Shown: piece after piece, positions 31,651 to 42,400 of the stretch
Numbering within the stretch: the stretch's first letter is position 1
How the letters are laid out: every line of letters begins with the position of its first letter
Source: Trypanosoma brucei
Taxonomy: Eukaryota
Direction: 5' to 3'
DNA: 64,000 nt
Assembly (NCBI GenBank): GCA_000002445.1
Contig: CP000067.1
Coordinates: 224,001-288,000 of the forward strand
Position numbers and translations under genes: made by a program
Notes under the pieces: generated by a model
What the model was told of the DNA's origin: nothing
The model's input: the letters and a program-made list of their open reading frames with translations, nothing else
Database searches by the model: none

Positions 31651-32505
31651 AGTCTACTCCAAGTGAGAAACAGATGGGAGAAGTTACACGCGTGGGGGCA
31701 CGAGGTGCTTTCAGTGTCCGGCTTCTTTTCTTTTCTTCCTTTTTTCCCTATCTTGCCGTTGAAACGAGTAAGAGTGAAGTCATAATAATTTTTTTTATAG
31801 CGATAAGGAGAGGAAAGCTAGCAGCACTAATATCTGCAACGGGGAAGGGAATTGAAGGCCAAGTACGGAACATTTGCATGCACTCAAGGTTTAACACACG
31901 TAAAAACGGAAGGAACAGCAGCGGCAATTGAACGACATCGCATGATAGATGGTAACGTATGTTACCTCAACAAACGCACAGCACATGACAACACGATGGT
32001 CATATGCATCCGAAACCAACACGCCAACTTGTCCACAGCGATGCGCTAGTGACCCACCTCCCACCCTGCAGAATATACACATGTGCATGCGAAAGTGACA
32101 CAAGTCATGCCAACAGCCCGCATGGAACAAAACGAAGAAAACAAGCACTCGTTGTCTCAGTCGGTACGCAAATGCTCCACCACACGTATTAGAGTTACGT
32201 TGAGCTCCATAAAGGGTGAGCACACCGTTTGACCCCGCCGCTGAAATGAGTAAACATACAGGACTTCCACAACGCCAGTGTTCTTTTGAGAGTGCATGCC
32301 GTGGTCTGGAACACAGAAAGTGCATCTCCACTACTGTTTTCTATATTCTCTTCCCTCCCCCCCTTGGGCACATACACACACGCACACACATACATGGGCA
32401 AAGGGTTTCTCCAAGGCACCACCGCCGTGTGGGAGGGATGGTGGAAGAGAAGAGTTTTGATTGGAATCACCTCACTTCGTTTCGGGTTAATGTGAATTTT
32501 CGGTA

Positions 32506-33240
32506 TTAACTGTGTACTAAATCAGGACTCCGCGTCCCCTCGCCGGATATATCCTCCTCGTCCACAGAGCAGCAAAGCATGGCGAATGTACGCCAATCAC
32601 ATTGACGTGCGTCTCCACCACCCGACAGCAAAAGCATGCGCACGCATTCCGGGTACTCCCGCATCGTACACTCGTGCCAAAACATTCCAGAAAATTCGGG
32701 AATGAAGAGCCACTCCCGCCACCCCTTACAAACGTTCTCGGCGACACTTAATGTGAATTCAAGCGGAAGGTACGACAACACATGAAGTACGAGGGTAGAG
32801 TGTTGGTGCCAGCGTAAGTCCACGCAATGGGAATTCAGGACTGAGGTTGGCTCCGCATCACTACTAATGTTTGGCGCACCTCCCTCAGAAAGGTACACTG
32901 CTACCTCCTCAGCAAACCGCTTAATCATCATTTCCTCTGTCACATCAAGTTCGTTTTGTTCCTTGGGTGTTATACGTAGAGCGGTTGGGAGCCCATGTTC
33001 CCTCGTAACGTCATCAACGGCACAACACGCCTCCCTCGCCTGTCGCTGAGCATCCAGCAGTAGAGCATAAGCGCCATTAAGCTCCTCGACAACATCAGGT
33101 GTGAAAATGTCCGGATAGGCAGCAGCAGTGACCAATCGCTCCTCCGGTTGCCCCTTTATGTACTGTGCAAGCAAACATGCAATGTCCGCACTTGTACGCA
33201 TTTCCGCCTCCAGTTCGTATACAGACACACCCACACACAC
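32506..33240 (-). CDS. Hypothetical protein with F-box-like motif.
   Basis: 244-aa ORF. LVLHVLSYLPLEFTLSVAENVCKGWREWL resembles an F-box (L..IL.YL...L....VCK.W). Acidic N-terminal half. The start could be the internal Met (MRTSADIA). Confidence 0.4.
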   Translation of the reverse strand: MCVGVSVYELEAEMRTSADIACLLAQYIKGQPEERLVTAAAYPDIFTPDVVEELNGAYALLLDAQRQAREACCAVDDVTREHGLPTALRITPKEQNELDVTEEMMIKRFAEEVAVYLSEGGAPNISSDAEPTSVLNSHCVDLRWHQHSTLVLHVLSYLPLEFTLSVAENVCKGWREWLFIPEFSGMFWHECTMREYPECVRMLLLSGGGDARQCDWRTFAMLCCSVDEEDISGEGTRSPDLVHS

Positions 33241-33665
33241 TGCGGTGCCCTAACAGTACTTCCTATGGGGGACCGCAGCTAATGTGATTAAACAAATGCG
33301 AAATGAAGACATACATGATGAATGGAGATGGGCAATAGAAAAGGGGGTAAGGAAGCAGTGAAGAAGAGTAGAGAAGAAGAGTGGACACATTGGTGAAGAC
33401 TGCAAGTAACACATTCACCTGGGGAATGTGTTGAGAGGAATAAAAGGAGCCCGGAAGTGAGCATGATGTCGCGGAGGGGAGGCAAAAACAAATGCGTGCA
33501 CATTCATGTGCTCCCATGCCCTTCTTTCGCTTTCCAATTAAGTCAGTCATAACTAACCAATCAAGCAGGCTTGACAAAGGGGGGAAAAAAATCATTAAAA
33601 GAAGAGGAAAATACAACGATAGAAATAAACGGGGTATGGCAGAACAAATGCTTAATTGATGAATG

Positions 33666-34442
33666 CTAATGGGGTGAAGCGCTGACGCTGGTTGCTTCCA
33701 TAAAACTGCCGATCAGTTCCTCGAGCGCCACCCTATACTCCAATCTATCTTTATTGACGCTATTGCTACAACCACTACTTTTGCGTGTGCTTGATGACGA
33801 CGTCGCCGTCTCCTCTGCTGAGATGTCATCCAACGCCATTTGCAGTTTTCTGTTCTCCTCACAAAGTTTCCGGTATTTGGTACGTACGCTATAAAGCTTT
33901 TGCTGTAGTCCAGCTTGCTCCTTCTCCCCGCACGTAGAGCACGCGGTTGCAACACGAACCGCTTCATCCGAAGGACCCACAGAAGGTGGCACTATTGGAA
34001 GAGCTTGCGAGCTGAGCTTTTCTGGCGATGCCCCCATCCCTACCCCACATGGTTGGGTACATCTACTCTTCAACTGCATGAGCGCCGTATCCGCCTCCTT
34101 CAGGGCCACCCGGAGTTGCTCCTGTCGCTTCCTTGCCGCAACATCCAGTCGCAACAGGCGCCTCTTACGACATTGTGCCTCCTCTATCTTGTGGTCAAGG
34201 GCCTGTAGTTCGCTCATCATCCTCGCTGTCTCCGTTGTCTGAACTCGCAGTCTGTTTTCCAAGGTCTTATGTAGCCGGGACTTTTCCTCCACTAGACGGC
34301 GGAGCTCTTTGACCCTTGACTTGACGCCCAAAATTAGCGGATCTCCGCCCACCTGAGCAGACGGCGGTCGCTTCGTCAACGATAAGTGACCGGAGCACTC
34401 AAGTGCAGAATGCCCCCCATGCTGTTGATCCACCTCTGACAT
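33666..34442 (-). CDS. Hypothetical coiled-coil protein.
   Basis: Start trimmed to MSEVDQQHGG (ATG at 34440-34442); the longest ORF to 34604 adds a low-complexity extension. Long heptad-like region RLVEEKSRLHKTLENRLRVQTTETARMMSELQALDHKIEEAQ. Confidence 0.45.
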   Translation of the reverse strand: MSEVDQQHGGHSALECSGHLSLTKRPPSAQVGGDPLILGVKSRVKELRRLVEEKSRLHKTLENRLRVQTTETARMMSELQALDHKIEEAQCRKRRLLRLDVAARKRQEQLRVALKEADTALMQLKSRCTQPCGVGMGASPEKLSSQALPIVPPSVGPSDEAVRVATACSTCGEKEQAGLQQKLYSVRTKYRKLCEENRKLQMALDDISAEETATSSSSTRKSSGCSNSVNKDRLEYRVALEELIGSFMEATSVSASPH

Positions 34443-35312
34443 ATTTTCCTGTCGCGCTCGTGAGAGAGTGAGCCACTTTACTAACAAATTGCTTCCCGCC
34501 ACTGTGAACAAGAGCGATCGAAGAAAGCAAAGGAAGGGAGACGAAAGACAAGATGCGGGGCTGACCAAAAAGGGAGCGAGCATGCATCTGGAAAAATAGA
34601 GCAAAAACCAGAACGCAACAAAGTAAGCTAAGCCGAAATAAGTGTGATACGCTTACTGCCAACTAAACTTCGCCTGCGAATGCAGCACTTGGCACGCATG
34701 CAGGTCAGGGAACACGTAAAGTAGCCCTTCAACCCACAGGGTGAAACAACACAAAGTAGAAGTATATAAACAATTGGAACGAGGGTCACCCCAACTACTA
34801 TTTTACTTGCGCAGTGTCACCCTGTGGCCCACTACCAGTTATTTATCTTCCACCGACAGCACTTCCGAACTTAGACAAGAAACGGTCGTAACGGTTGTTA
34901 TACGAGTTCTACAACACACTCACTACCACCCCTCCTCCTCCCCACGCATTCTCCAACTACTGGCTTTTCAGTTTACCGTCATCCTCAAGTGGGGACCAAC
35001 TTTTTGACTATTAAATTGCGTAGAGTGGTGAGGGGATCAGGTGGAGAACAAGCAAGAACCCATCACCCACATCTGACGGCTATGTTTTATCGGTAAGCAA
35101 CAAAGTTGGAAATAGGGGGAAAATGAGGAAGGATGAGATAGTAAGCGCAGTGAAACAGCAATCGCTCAGAGATCCGCGCATTATTTGCTTTTAAGTATGC
35201 ATACAAATACTTTTTAGTCACAGCGAGGAGGATGTTGATTGGGTGCACTATCCTCACAGAAGAAGCAGGGTGATTGCAGCCAGACGCCGCGTGTCCTCGG
35301 CATAAACCAAAA

Positions 35313-36074
35313 TCACTGCTCAAAGCGTACAGAATAGCCGCCTGTGTTAGGGTCTTTGTCGAACTTGAAATTGTCTGTAGACAATCCAAAATAGTTTAAA
35401 AAACGGTTTCCCATATTTTTCAGTTCCCCGAGCATCTTCTGCATCTCTTCATCTACTTTCGCCTTTGCCTGCCTTTTGCGGTCCTGGCTGCCAGCATCCA
35501 GCGTGCCACCTAGCTTTTCGTATTCCTCATAATCCCCGTACGCATTGGACCACTTCCCCAACACATAATAGCACTCAGCACGTCGATAATACGCCTTACT
35601 GTACTGCTTATTGTGTCGAATCGCCTCGCTGAGGTGAGTGATAGCGTCTTCGGGCATCCCCTGCTTTGATAAACACAGGCCGGCATTGCAGTACACCTGT
35701 GATGTAAGTGTGTAATCAATACCATCATCGTCACCGTCCTGAGCCGCGTCATCGGCCCCCACTTTGGAGGACTTTTCGGTACCGGGTGCTGAACTTTTCT
35801 CTGACACCACACTGGACTCCCCAATGGAGTTCTGAGCTGTACCTTCTGAACCACACGGCGGTACCTCGTCCTGTCGGTGCTGCGTTGGCTTCTTCACCGG
35901 CTTCAATGGTGCGTGCTTAATTGCCTCGCGATACAACTCCAGCGCTTCAGCCACTCGGTCCGCAGCGAATAAATCGTTTCCCGCCTTCTTCAACCTTTCG
36001 CACTCCACCACATCAGGTATCCTCTCGGGCTGGTCCAGTTCGCCATTAGCAGGTAATTCGTCGCTTGTGGTCAT
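35313..36074 (-). CDS. TPR-repeat protein, TTC1 (TPR1)-like.
   Basis: Start trimmed to MTTSDELPANG (ATG at 36072-36074). TPR motifs (ERLKKAGNDLF, YCNAGLCLSKQGMPEDAITHLSEAIRHNKQYSKAYYRRAECYYVLGKW). The C-terminus NRFLNYFGLSTDNFKFDKDPNTGGYSVRFEQ resembles the conserved TTC1 C-terminal tail. Confidence 0.65.
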   Translation of the reverse strand: MTTSDELPANGELDQPERIPDVVECERLKKAGNDLFAADRVAEALELYREAIKHAPLKPVKKPTQHRQDEVPPCGSEGTAQNSIGESSVVSEKSSAPGTEKSSKVGADDAAQDGDDDGIDYTLTSQVYCNAGLCLSKQGMPEDAITHLSEAIRHNKQYSKAYYRRAECYYVLGKWSNAYGDYEEYEKLGGTLDAGSQDRKRQAKAKVDEEMQKMLGELKNMGNRFLNYFGLSTDNFKFDKDPNTGGYSVRFEQ

Positions 36075-36387
36075 TGGTTTTGAAGTTTTCTCACGCCCGT
36101 TGTGTTGTAATGAGGAAGTCCGAAACACAAACAAATCAACCCTATGACAAAGTAAGCAACTAACGCAGCGAGAAGTAGAGATGTAAGAAGCGAAAAGTGA
36201 GAAAAGTTGAGCGCACTACAAGACTAAGAAAAAATAAACCATTTGATGACATGCGAGAAGGGTTATGGGGCCTACGTACGTGCACAGTACCCAAAAAAAA
36301 AAAAAAGTAAAACGCTTCATCAAAAACACTTTCAGCATCGAAGGTGTGGCGGGATGCCACTATACGCTACCAGATAGTACAGCGATG

Positions 36388-36957
36388 TCAGACAAAAAAA
36401 TTTGCGAGCACAACCGCCTTTAAGTGGTATTTATGATTCACGTGCCGCCCCGCACAATACATGACGCGGGTGCCTAATGGTACACGCTGATCGTTCATCA
36501 GAATGCACGTGTTCCTATCGAAATTTGTCCGAAGTCCGCTCATCCTCGTATTCGTCTGCCTGCGGGAAAGTAGACACACCCAATAGATATTTCCAGGTTT
36601 TACACGATGGCGACTTACTTCACCCCGCCCAGACTTGAAACGCTGAACTGACACGCGATGAGCTACCGCAGGGAAGACGCGGCAGTGGGCAAAGCGCTCC
36701 GCTGTTGCTTTCGATATAAGTCGCACATGTTTACAGTTTGTGTTGTCAACACAGTGGAGTTTCACCTGGTCACTAAACGGCACGCCTGTGCCATACCCCT
36801 CAGCACCGGTTCCCCATCGTGACCGGTATGATGCTTTTCGCCGGATTATTAAATTGTGCCGAAACCACGACTTGTTCGCAGGTTTTCCTGCTGGGAGCTT
36901 AGCCGCCGCATCAGCTGACGGTGCCGGCGCCAGGCGCAGCGAGAAGAAACGAAACAT
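36388..36957 (-). CDS. Mitochondrial ribosomal protein uL14m (bacterial-type L14).
   Basis: Start trimmed to MFRFFSLRLAPAPSAD (ATG at 36955-36957; presequence-like). The longest ORF to 37113 runs through the (TA)n tract and encodes IYIYIY. The core KLHCVDNTNCKHVRLIS and GNIYWVCLLSRRQTNTRMSGLRTNFDRNTCILMNDQRVPLGTRVMYCAGRHV aligns by eye with bacterial L14. Confidence 0.7.
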   Translation of the reverse strand: MFRFFSLRLAPAPSADAAAKLPAGKPANKSWFRHNLIIRRKASYRSRWGTGAEGYGTGVPFSDQVKLHCVDNTNCKHVRLISKATAERFAHCRVFPAVAHRVSVQRFKSGRGEVSRHRVKPGNIYWVCLLSRRQTNTRMSGLRTNFDRNTCILMNDQRVPLGTRVMYCAGRHVNHKYHLKAVVLANFFV

Positions 36958-37001
36958 TAAATGCCTGGGTTGAAGCAGGCACCTTCTGATAAATATGTAT
37001 G

Positions 37002-37022
37002 TATATATATATATATATATAT
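37002..37022. repeat. (TA)10 microsatellite.
   Basis: tatatatatatatatatatat, lying between the uL14m start and the upstream gene's stop. Confidence 0.9.
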
Positions 37023-37221
37023 AACAAATGATTAAGTACATTTTTTTTTTCGTTTTAAATGGCAGGGGCAAACAGTGGGCCGTAGAGAGTTCCAGCACAC
37101 AGTACAATTCCACTATAAGAGTAGATTAACTTTACAAAAGGGAAATCACCAAAGAATGTGAGGGAAAATTGACTCGCCGGGATTGGGGGGGGGGAAGAAA
37201 ACCAGACATCAGTTTGTAGTG

Positions 37222-37854
37222 CTATGTCATATCTGTCCCAATCTTTCGTTCCTGGTGAAACACAAGGTTCGACGGCTCCTCCGATACGGCGTGTCTCTGC
37301 CGCTTAAACTCCTTATGAAGCCCCTCACGAAGGGCCAAAAGTTTTGTCACGGAGTCATTTACGTCACCTCCAACCTCCTTGCGCAACTCCTCCTTCGCTC
37401 GCTGAAAGTTGAGGACTGCCTGGTGCTCCCACGACGCGCTAAGGGGAACTTCCTCTTCCGTCTGCGTAGCAGGGGCAACATTACCAAACACGTAATCCTT
37501 GTGCCTCATGTATGGGTAGGGATCAATACCCTTCTGCAGACACAACCGGACACGCTCCTCCTCCTTCATATACCGCGGATCATCCATCAGATAAGGCTTC
37601 AATACGGGATAGAACACGAGAGGGAAAACAGTGATACCAGAAGACACGAAGAGTACAACTACCCACGGAGACTCTTCCCCGATGCGGCGACCCAACCGGC
37701 GCACAGGGTCTGACATTCTTGCCATTGCTCTGTTGCAACCGTCACAGAAGGCTCGCATTATGTCGACTGAACGCGTCGTGAGGCGCATCTTCATTCGCGT
37801 CCAAGCAAAGGACATAATATGTGCGCAACTAACTTGTATCCCCTCCTGTTCCAA
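37222..37854 (-). CDS. Hypothetical small single-pass membrane protein.
   Basis: 210-aa longest ORF. Hydrophobic segment WVVVLFVSSGITVFPLVFYPVL. Several in-frame Met start candidates (MSFAWTR, MRAFCDG, MARMSDP). No recognised family. Confidence 0.4.
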   Translation of the reverse strand: MEQEGIQVSCAHIMSFAWTRMKMRLTTRSVDIMRAFCDGCNRAMARMSDPVRRLGRRIGEESPWVVVLFVSSGITVFPLVFYPVLKPYLMDDPRYMKEEERVRLCLQKGIDPYPYMRHKDYVFGNVAPATQTEEEVPLSASWEHQAVLNFQRAKEELRKEVGGDVNDSVTKLLALREGLHKEFKRQRHAVSEEPSNLVFHQERKIGTDMT

Positions 37855-38117
37855 AGGCCAGTCAGGCTGTTGTAACCACCTCTTTTATGTGGCCTCCTCT
37901 GTTTCACTGCACGTTGTTCCCCTTGACGGAAGTTAACTACAATGCGCTGGTGGCACAAAAAAAGAATATATGCACAGACATCCCCCCAGAATAGACCCAT
38001 TGAGGATAGCACACAAGCGAAGGTGAATTAATCGCCGCACTACCTTATGGCAACACGTTACGAACGCGTAACAAGTACAACTCATAGTTCTCTCGCTACA
38101 GCGTGTTTCGTTTACTC

Positions 38118-39092
38118 TCAAAAACGGTACCTCAGTAACCTCCCCAAAAGTAGATCATCTTCATGACTCAGGGCGCCTGTGACCCACGGTACCAACTCGT
38201 ACTCCATTATAACCTCCTCGGATGCTGTCAGGTCGCGTTCCAGCGCCACCAGGGCAAAAAAGTGCTCCTCCAGGAGTCGCCGGAGTGCCTCCTCTCCGTT
38301 AACGTGGCGCCGCTCTGACTCTTGCAGAAACTCGTCGCGGTACCAGCGCGGAAGCTCCTCAACCTCAAATGCAACCTCCACTCGTGCGTTTCGTCTCCGC
38401 TCACCGCCATCGTCACCGTTTACGAGATCAACAAAAGGTATTATGCCCAGTTCGACACTACTTCCCTCCCCGTTGGTCCAGCAAGCAGGAAGTCGATGAG
38501 ACCTTGTCAATATGACATCAACAGCCCAGCGAAAGTGGTTGGGGGACGGCATCAAGTTTTTTTCGGAAAGAACCTCGTATGCTGAGCAAATTTCCTCCTG
38601 CATGCTACCTTGTACCTCTATGAAGTAGGGAAGCAGTTGGACACGGTGAAGCCGACATTGTCGGCCGCTTTCGTCTTCCATCGTCCGGAAGTCCTGCATT
38701 CGGGGAAGAACGTTTAACCAGCCCCACCACGGCGACAAACTGCGCTGATGCTCAATGGCAAGCCGCCACGCCAAACTGATCCACTCCCCTGCTGTGCAGC
38801 CCAATAGCCGCGACAGCACACCGCGGTTCAGGATCTCCAACTGCGGTGATTGCATTAAGTCCTCCTGCCGCACCCTCGCGCCCAATTTCTGAACCGTTGA
38901 AAGAGAAAATGCATGCCGTGAGGGTACAACCAGCAAAGGTGTACCACTATCGCAGGCGTCCCGTACGTAAACACCATACCCAACGGACGCGTCGCGCTTC
39001 TCAATTAAAACAGTTTGGTGAAGTCCAATCCGCTTGAGAATGGCATATGTTGCGGTGTATTCCGCGAACTTACCGCTCCGTTGCCCCCGCAT
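38118..39092 (-). CDS. SET-domain protein, probable protein-lysine methyltransferase (SETD6/RBCMT-like).
   Basis: Start trimmed to MRGQRSGKFAEY (ATG at 39090-39092). N-SET-like VGYGVYVRDACDSGTPLLVVPSRHAF, and C-terminal IPFVDLVNGDDG ... NARVEVAFEVEE, resemble the SET fold of the rubisco-LSMT family. Confidence 0.55.
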   Translation of the reverse strand: MRGQRSGKFAEYTATYAILKRIGLHQTVLIEKRDASVGYGVYVRDACDSGTPLLVVPSRHAFSLSTVQKLGARVRQEDLMQSPQLEILNRGVLSRLLGCTAGEWISLAWRLAIEHQRSLSPWWGWLNVLPRMQDFRTMEDESGRQCRLHRVQLLPYFIEVQGSMQEEICSAYEVLSEKNLMPSPNHFRWAVDVILTRSHRLPACWTNGEGSSVELGIIPFVDLVNGDDGGERRRNARVEVAFEVEELPRWYRDEFLQESERRHVNGEEALRRLLEEHFFALVALERDLTASEEVIMEYELVPWVTGALSHEDDLLLGRLLRYRF

Positions 39093-39440
39093 GCCCCATG
39101 ACGCACTCCAGGCTCGAGGACAGGCGCACACACACAACTGTTAAGACGTCTACAGACTAAAAAGCGGAGGGACAAAAAAAGAAGTGCTGGGGCAGAAAAG
39201 ACAACAAGGCAAACAAGGGAGTAGTGAAAAGGTGTGCATCCTGATTCTTTTCGGCCATGAGGACCGGGCTTTTAAAAAGGAAGCAGCCGGACAAACGGTG
39301 GAGTTGATCGTAACGCCGTTAGTAGACGGCCACAGCAAAACAGAGGAGGGTATTAAAAAAAAGGGGAGAAGCAAATGAGAATAAGGGACGCAACATCCTC
39401 TCATTCTATACCTATTGAAAACAGAAACGGCTCCACCTAC

Positions 39441-42400
39441 TTAGGTGGAGGTGGAAGTTATCCCCCGGTTCCTGCCTTTCAAAGAGGTAACGTATTCCAA
39501 CACCGCTTTGGCAGAAACAACGTTCCCGACGGTGTTCAGCATGTTTGCGTAATCAACCAGGACGTTCAGTAATACTTCTCCCAGTGTTAAGGCATCAGAG
39601 GAGTCATCTTCCGCCACTGGAAGTACAATCGGTTCCTGCAAGGATTCTCGTGTGTTGAAGGAGGGATCCTCCAACAATACCATAGCCAGCAAACCGGCAA
39701 TGTCTTCAAACTGGGAAGACTCACTAAGCAAAACGAGCACCTGAAACGGAAGGGCCTGCGAAGCCAACATTACTGCCGCTTCCATTACCTGACCGTGCCT
39801 GACCAAGTGCGAACACCATCGGCAGATAAGATCTCGTTGCTGCTTGACTGGAAGGGGAGAAAGTTTTGCAAGCACAGCACCCTCACCCCACTTGCCCGAA
39901 AGCTGCAAAGCTTTCACTGCTTCATAGAAGTGGCCCGACAGCATGTACTTATCGACGGCACTGTCTAAGTCACCCCGAGCTCGCAGAAGAGAAGCCACCC
40001 GGCTTGTTGTAAGTGTCAAAAGCTCCGAAGCTGGTCCACTGAGGGCAGCAACCGATGCAGAGATAGCCACAGCAAAATCTGACAGGTGAGGAAACCGGTT
40101 GTCTTCATGACTGACGTCCATGAGGACATCTATAGCTTTTTGTGGCTGCTGAAGCTTCAACAACTCGCGCGCAGTGAGAAACCGTTGTGAAAACACGTCA
40201 ATCTCCTTCCCTTTAGACGCTTCAAGCGCCTCAGCACGGCGTTCGTTCATGTAGACATGGTTGTTGTAAACTACCTCGGATGCCGCGGAAACTTCAGAAA
40301 AGCGATCCGCGCAGTAATAAGGTACTGGGGGTCCAACTTCTGGACCTCCCTTCCATCGTTCAACAGACTTGGACTGCTGACCACCATCGCCACCAGCCTC
40401 AGCGCCGCTACAGTTAAGACCGCGCCTCAAGCAGAACTGCATCCACAGACGCTGTCTCTCCTGTTGACCAAAAAAACGAGCTACCCAAAGGGCAATCTCA
40501 TCAGTACGACTCTGTGTAAACGCATGTTGTATCCCCTCGTAAATATACCTCGGTACCATCGTCTTCCTGTAAAGATCCAGTTCACGTGTCAAAGAGGAAA
40601 TGGCGGCGGTGATCACCTGTCCAAAAGGACCGCGACACGGAAACCGCTCAGGATTAATGCCCCGAATTAGGCAACTTGGACAGATATCACTTGAGGGTCG
40701 AACTTCAGAGGGTACCGCTGAGCATGCGACTTGGGTCTCCAGCACTGTTTGAATGTACATCCGATGCTCCGGAACAAAAAAGGCACTGTTCTGGAGTGGC
40801 CGTCTCAATGCCTTACTGAACACACTACTATTGATACTGGTGAGTAACTTGTCAACCACTACAATGTTACCGGTTAGGGTTAGAAGGAGAAGTGCATCTC
40901 CCAACCACGTTGCCCCACGCGCCTTCAGGTTGATGTCTGTGTTCTTGGAATATCCCATGCGTTCTTGACTGGATATACTCCAGACGCCGAAGGAGCCATC
41001 CGAAAAAACGACCGCAAGATACTCCTCTGACCAATTTCCTGCGTCGGAGGGTTCCCCTTTGTTATCGGATCCACCTCCGCCCTTTGATACGGCCAATGCA
41101 ATTGCAGTCTTCGCCGCGGGGATATCCTTCAGTGATCGCACATGCAACCCAGACGTTCCCACGCCAACAACAGTCACCGCACCAGAGCCGTCAACAACGA
41201 CGGAAGCATCCCTTGTTGGAGTACATAACACCCGGGTAGACGACCCGTTGGGAAACCTCGGGACCGCGTCGCGGTTTGGAACCACTTGATCCCACGACAC
41301 TGTCCAGAAACTCATGGAACCATCTGAAAAAACAATCAAAAGGAGCTCTGGAGCCCCCTTCAAACCCGCTAGGACGGGTGTAAAGATTTGGGGAGCCCAG
41401 GAGGCACTCGCCACCCCTGTCCCTTCATAGGAGTAAATGATGCGGCTTTCTGTAATGTTCCAAACCTCGAACGTGCCGCCAAAGAAAGTTAAAAGCAGGA
41501 ACGTCCCAGTCGCGTCTTGCGTGATATTCTTCATGCGTGTAGCATCAGAGTACTTGGGCTCACGCAGCACTTGGAGCACCACACCGCTGTGACAGTCAAA
41601 CAATGTCACCTGGTGATGTTGTTTAGACTGCTCAGCCTTATTCGTCACCACCCACACACATTCCTTAGAACTGTGCGGCGCGAGAAGTATGATATGAGTG
41701 TTGCTTGTATTAACAAAATTTATTCGTCTCAGGGCGTTGCTGTGTGCCACATCAACCAGGGCCAAGTAACCTGCCTCCAGGGCACAGCACAGCGTGTTGT
41801 CGCCAAGTACGCAAAACCCGGTGGGCTTCTTTAGAGCGGCGGAAAAATAACTGTCGATCACCCACCGTCGGCAATCCACCCTGTACCGCCACCGTGCCAC
41901 AGATCCATCAGAAAATATGACGGCAAAAACATTTGGTGCTGACAGAGACTGGATAACATTTGTTGCCACCTTTGACGCAATACGCGCACCCCTGACATCA
42001 GTAGACACACTCGTTGCCTTGCCCACACGTAGCAGGTACCACGCAGTGAGTCGCTGGTTTGATCCATACGAATACAAAAGTGGAAGCTGCTGCGTATCTT
42101 CAGTCAGTGTGCTCGGTGCAGAAGAGAAAATGCGTCTGAATTCACCATCACCCGCGCTGTATCGTAACACGTTCTCATCGAGAAGCAAGTTTGCCCTGCA
42201 GTCATAGACGCCCACTGAGTTTCTCGTAGCAAAGTACAGGAGCCCCTCCTGAGACTCGCTAAACACAGCGTCCACGACAGTTTCAAAACCGTCCGTGCTT
42301 TCGAATACCAAATTCTTCACACATGCACGGGGGCTTTTCCCATTCCGGTCCTGATCCTGAGAGTAAATCATACCAATTCGGTCACCAAGAACAACACAGG

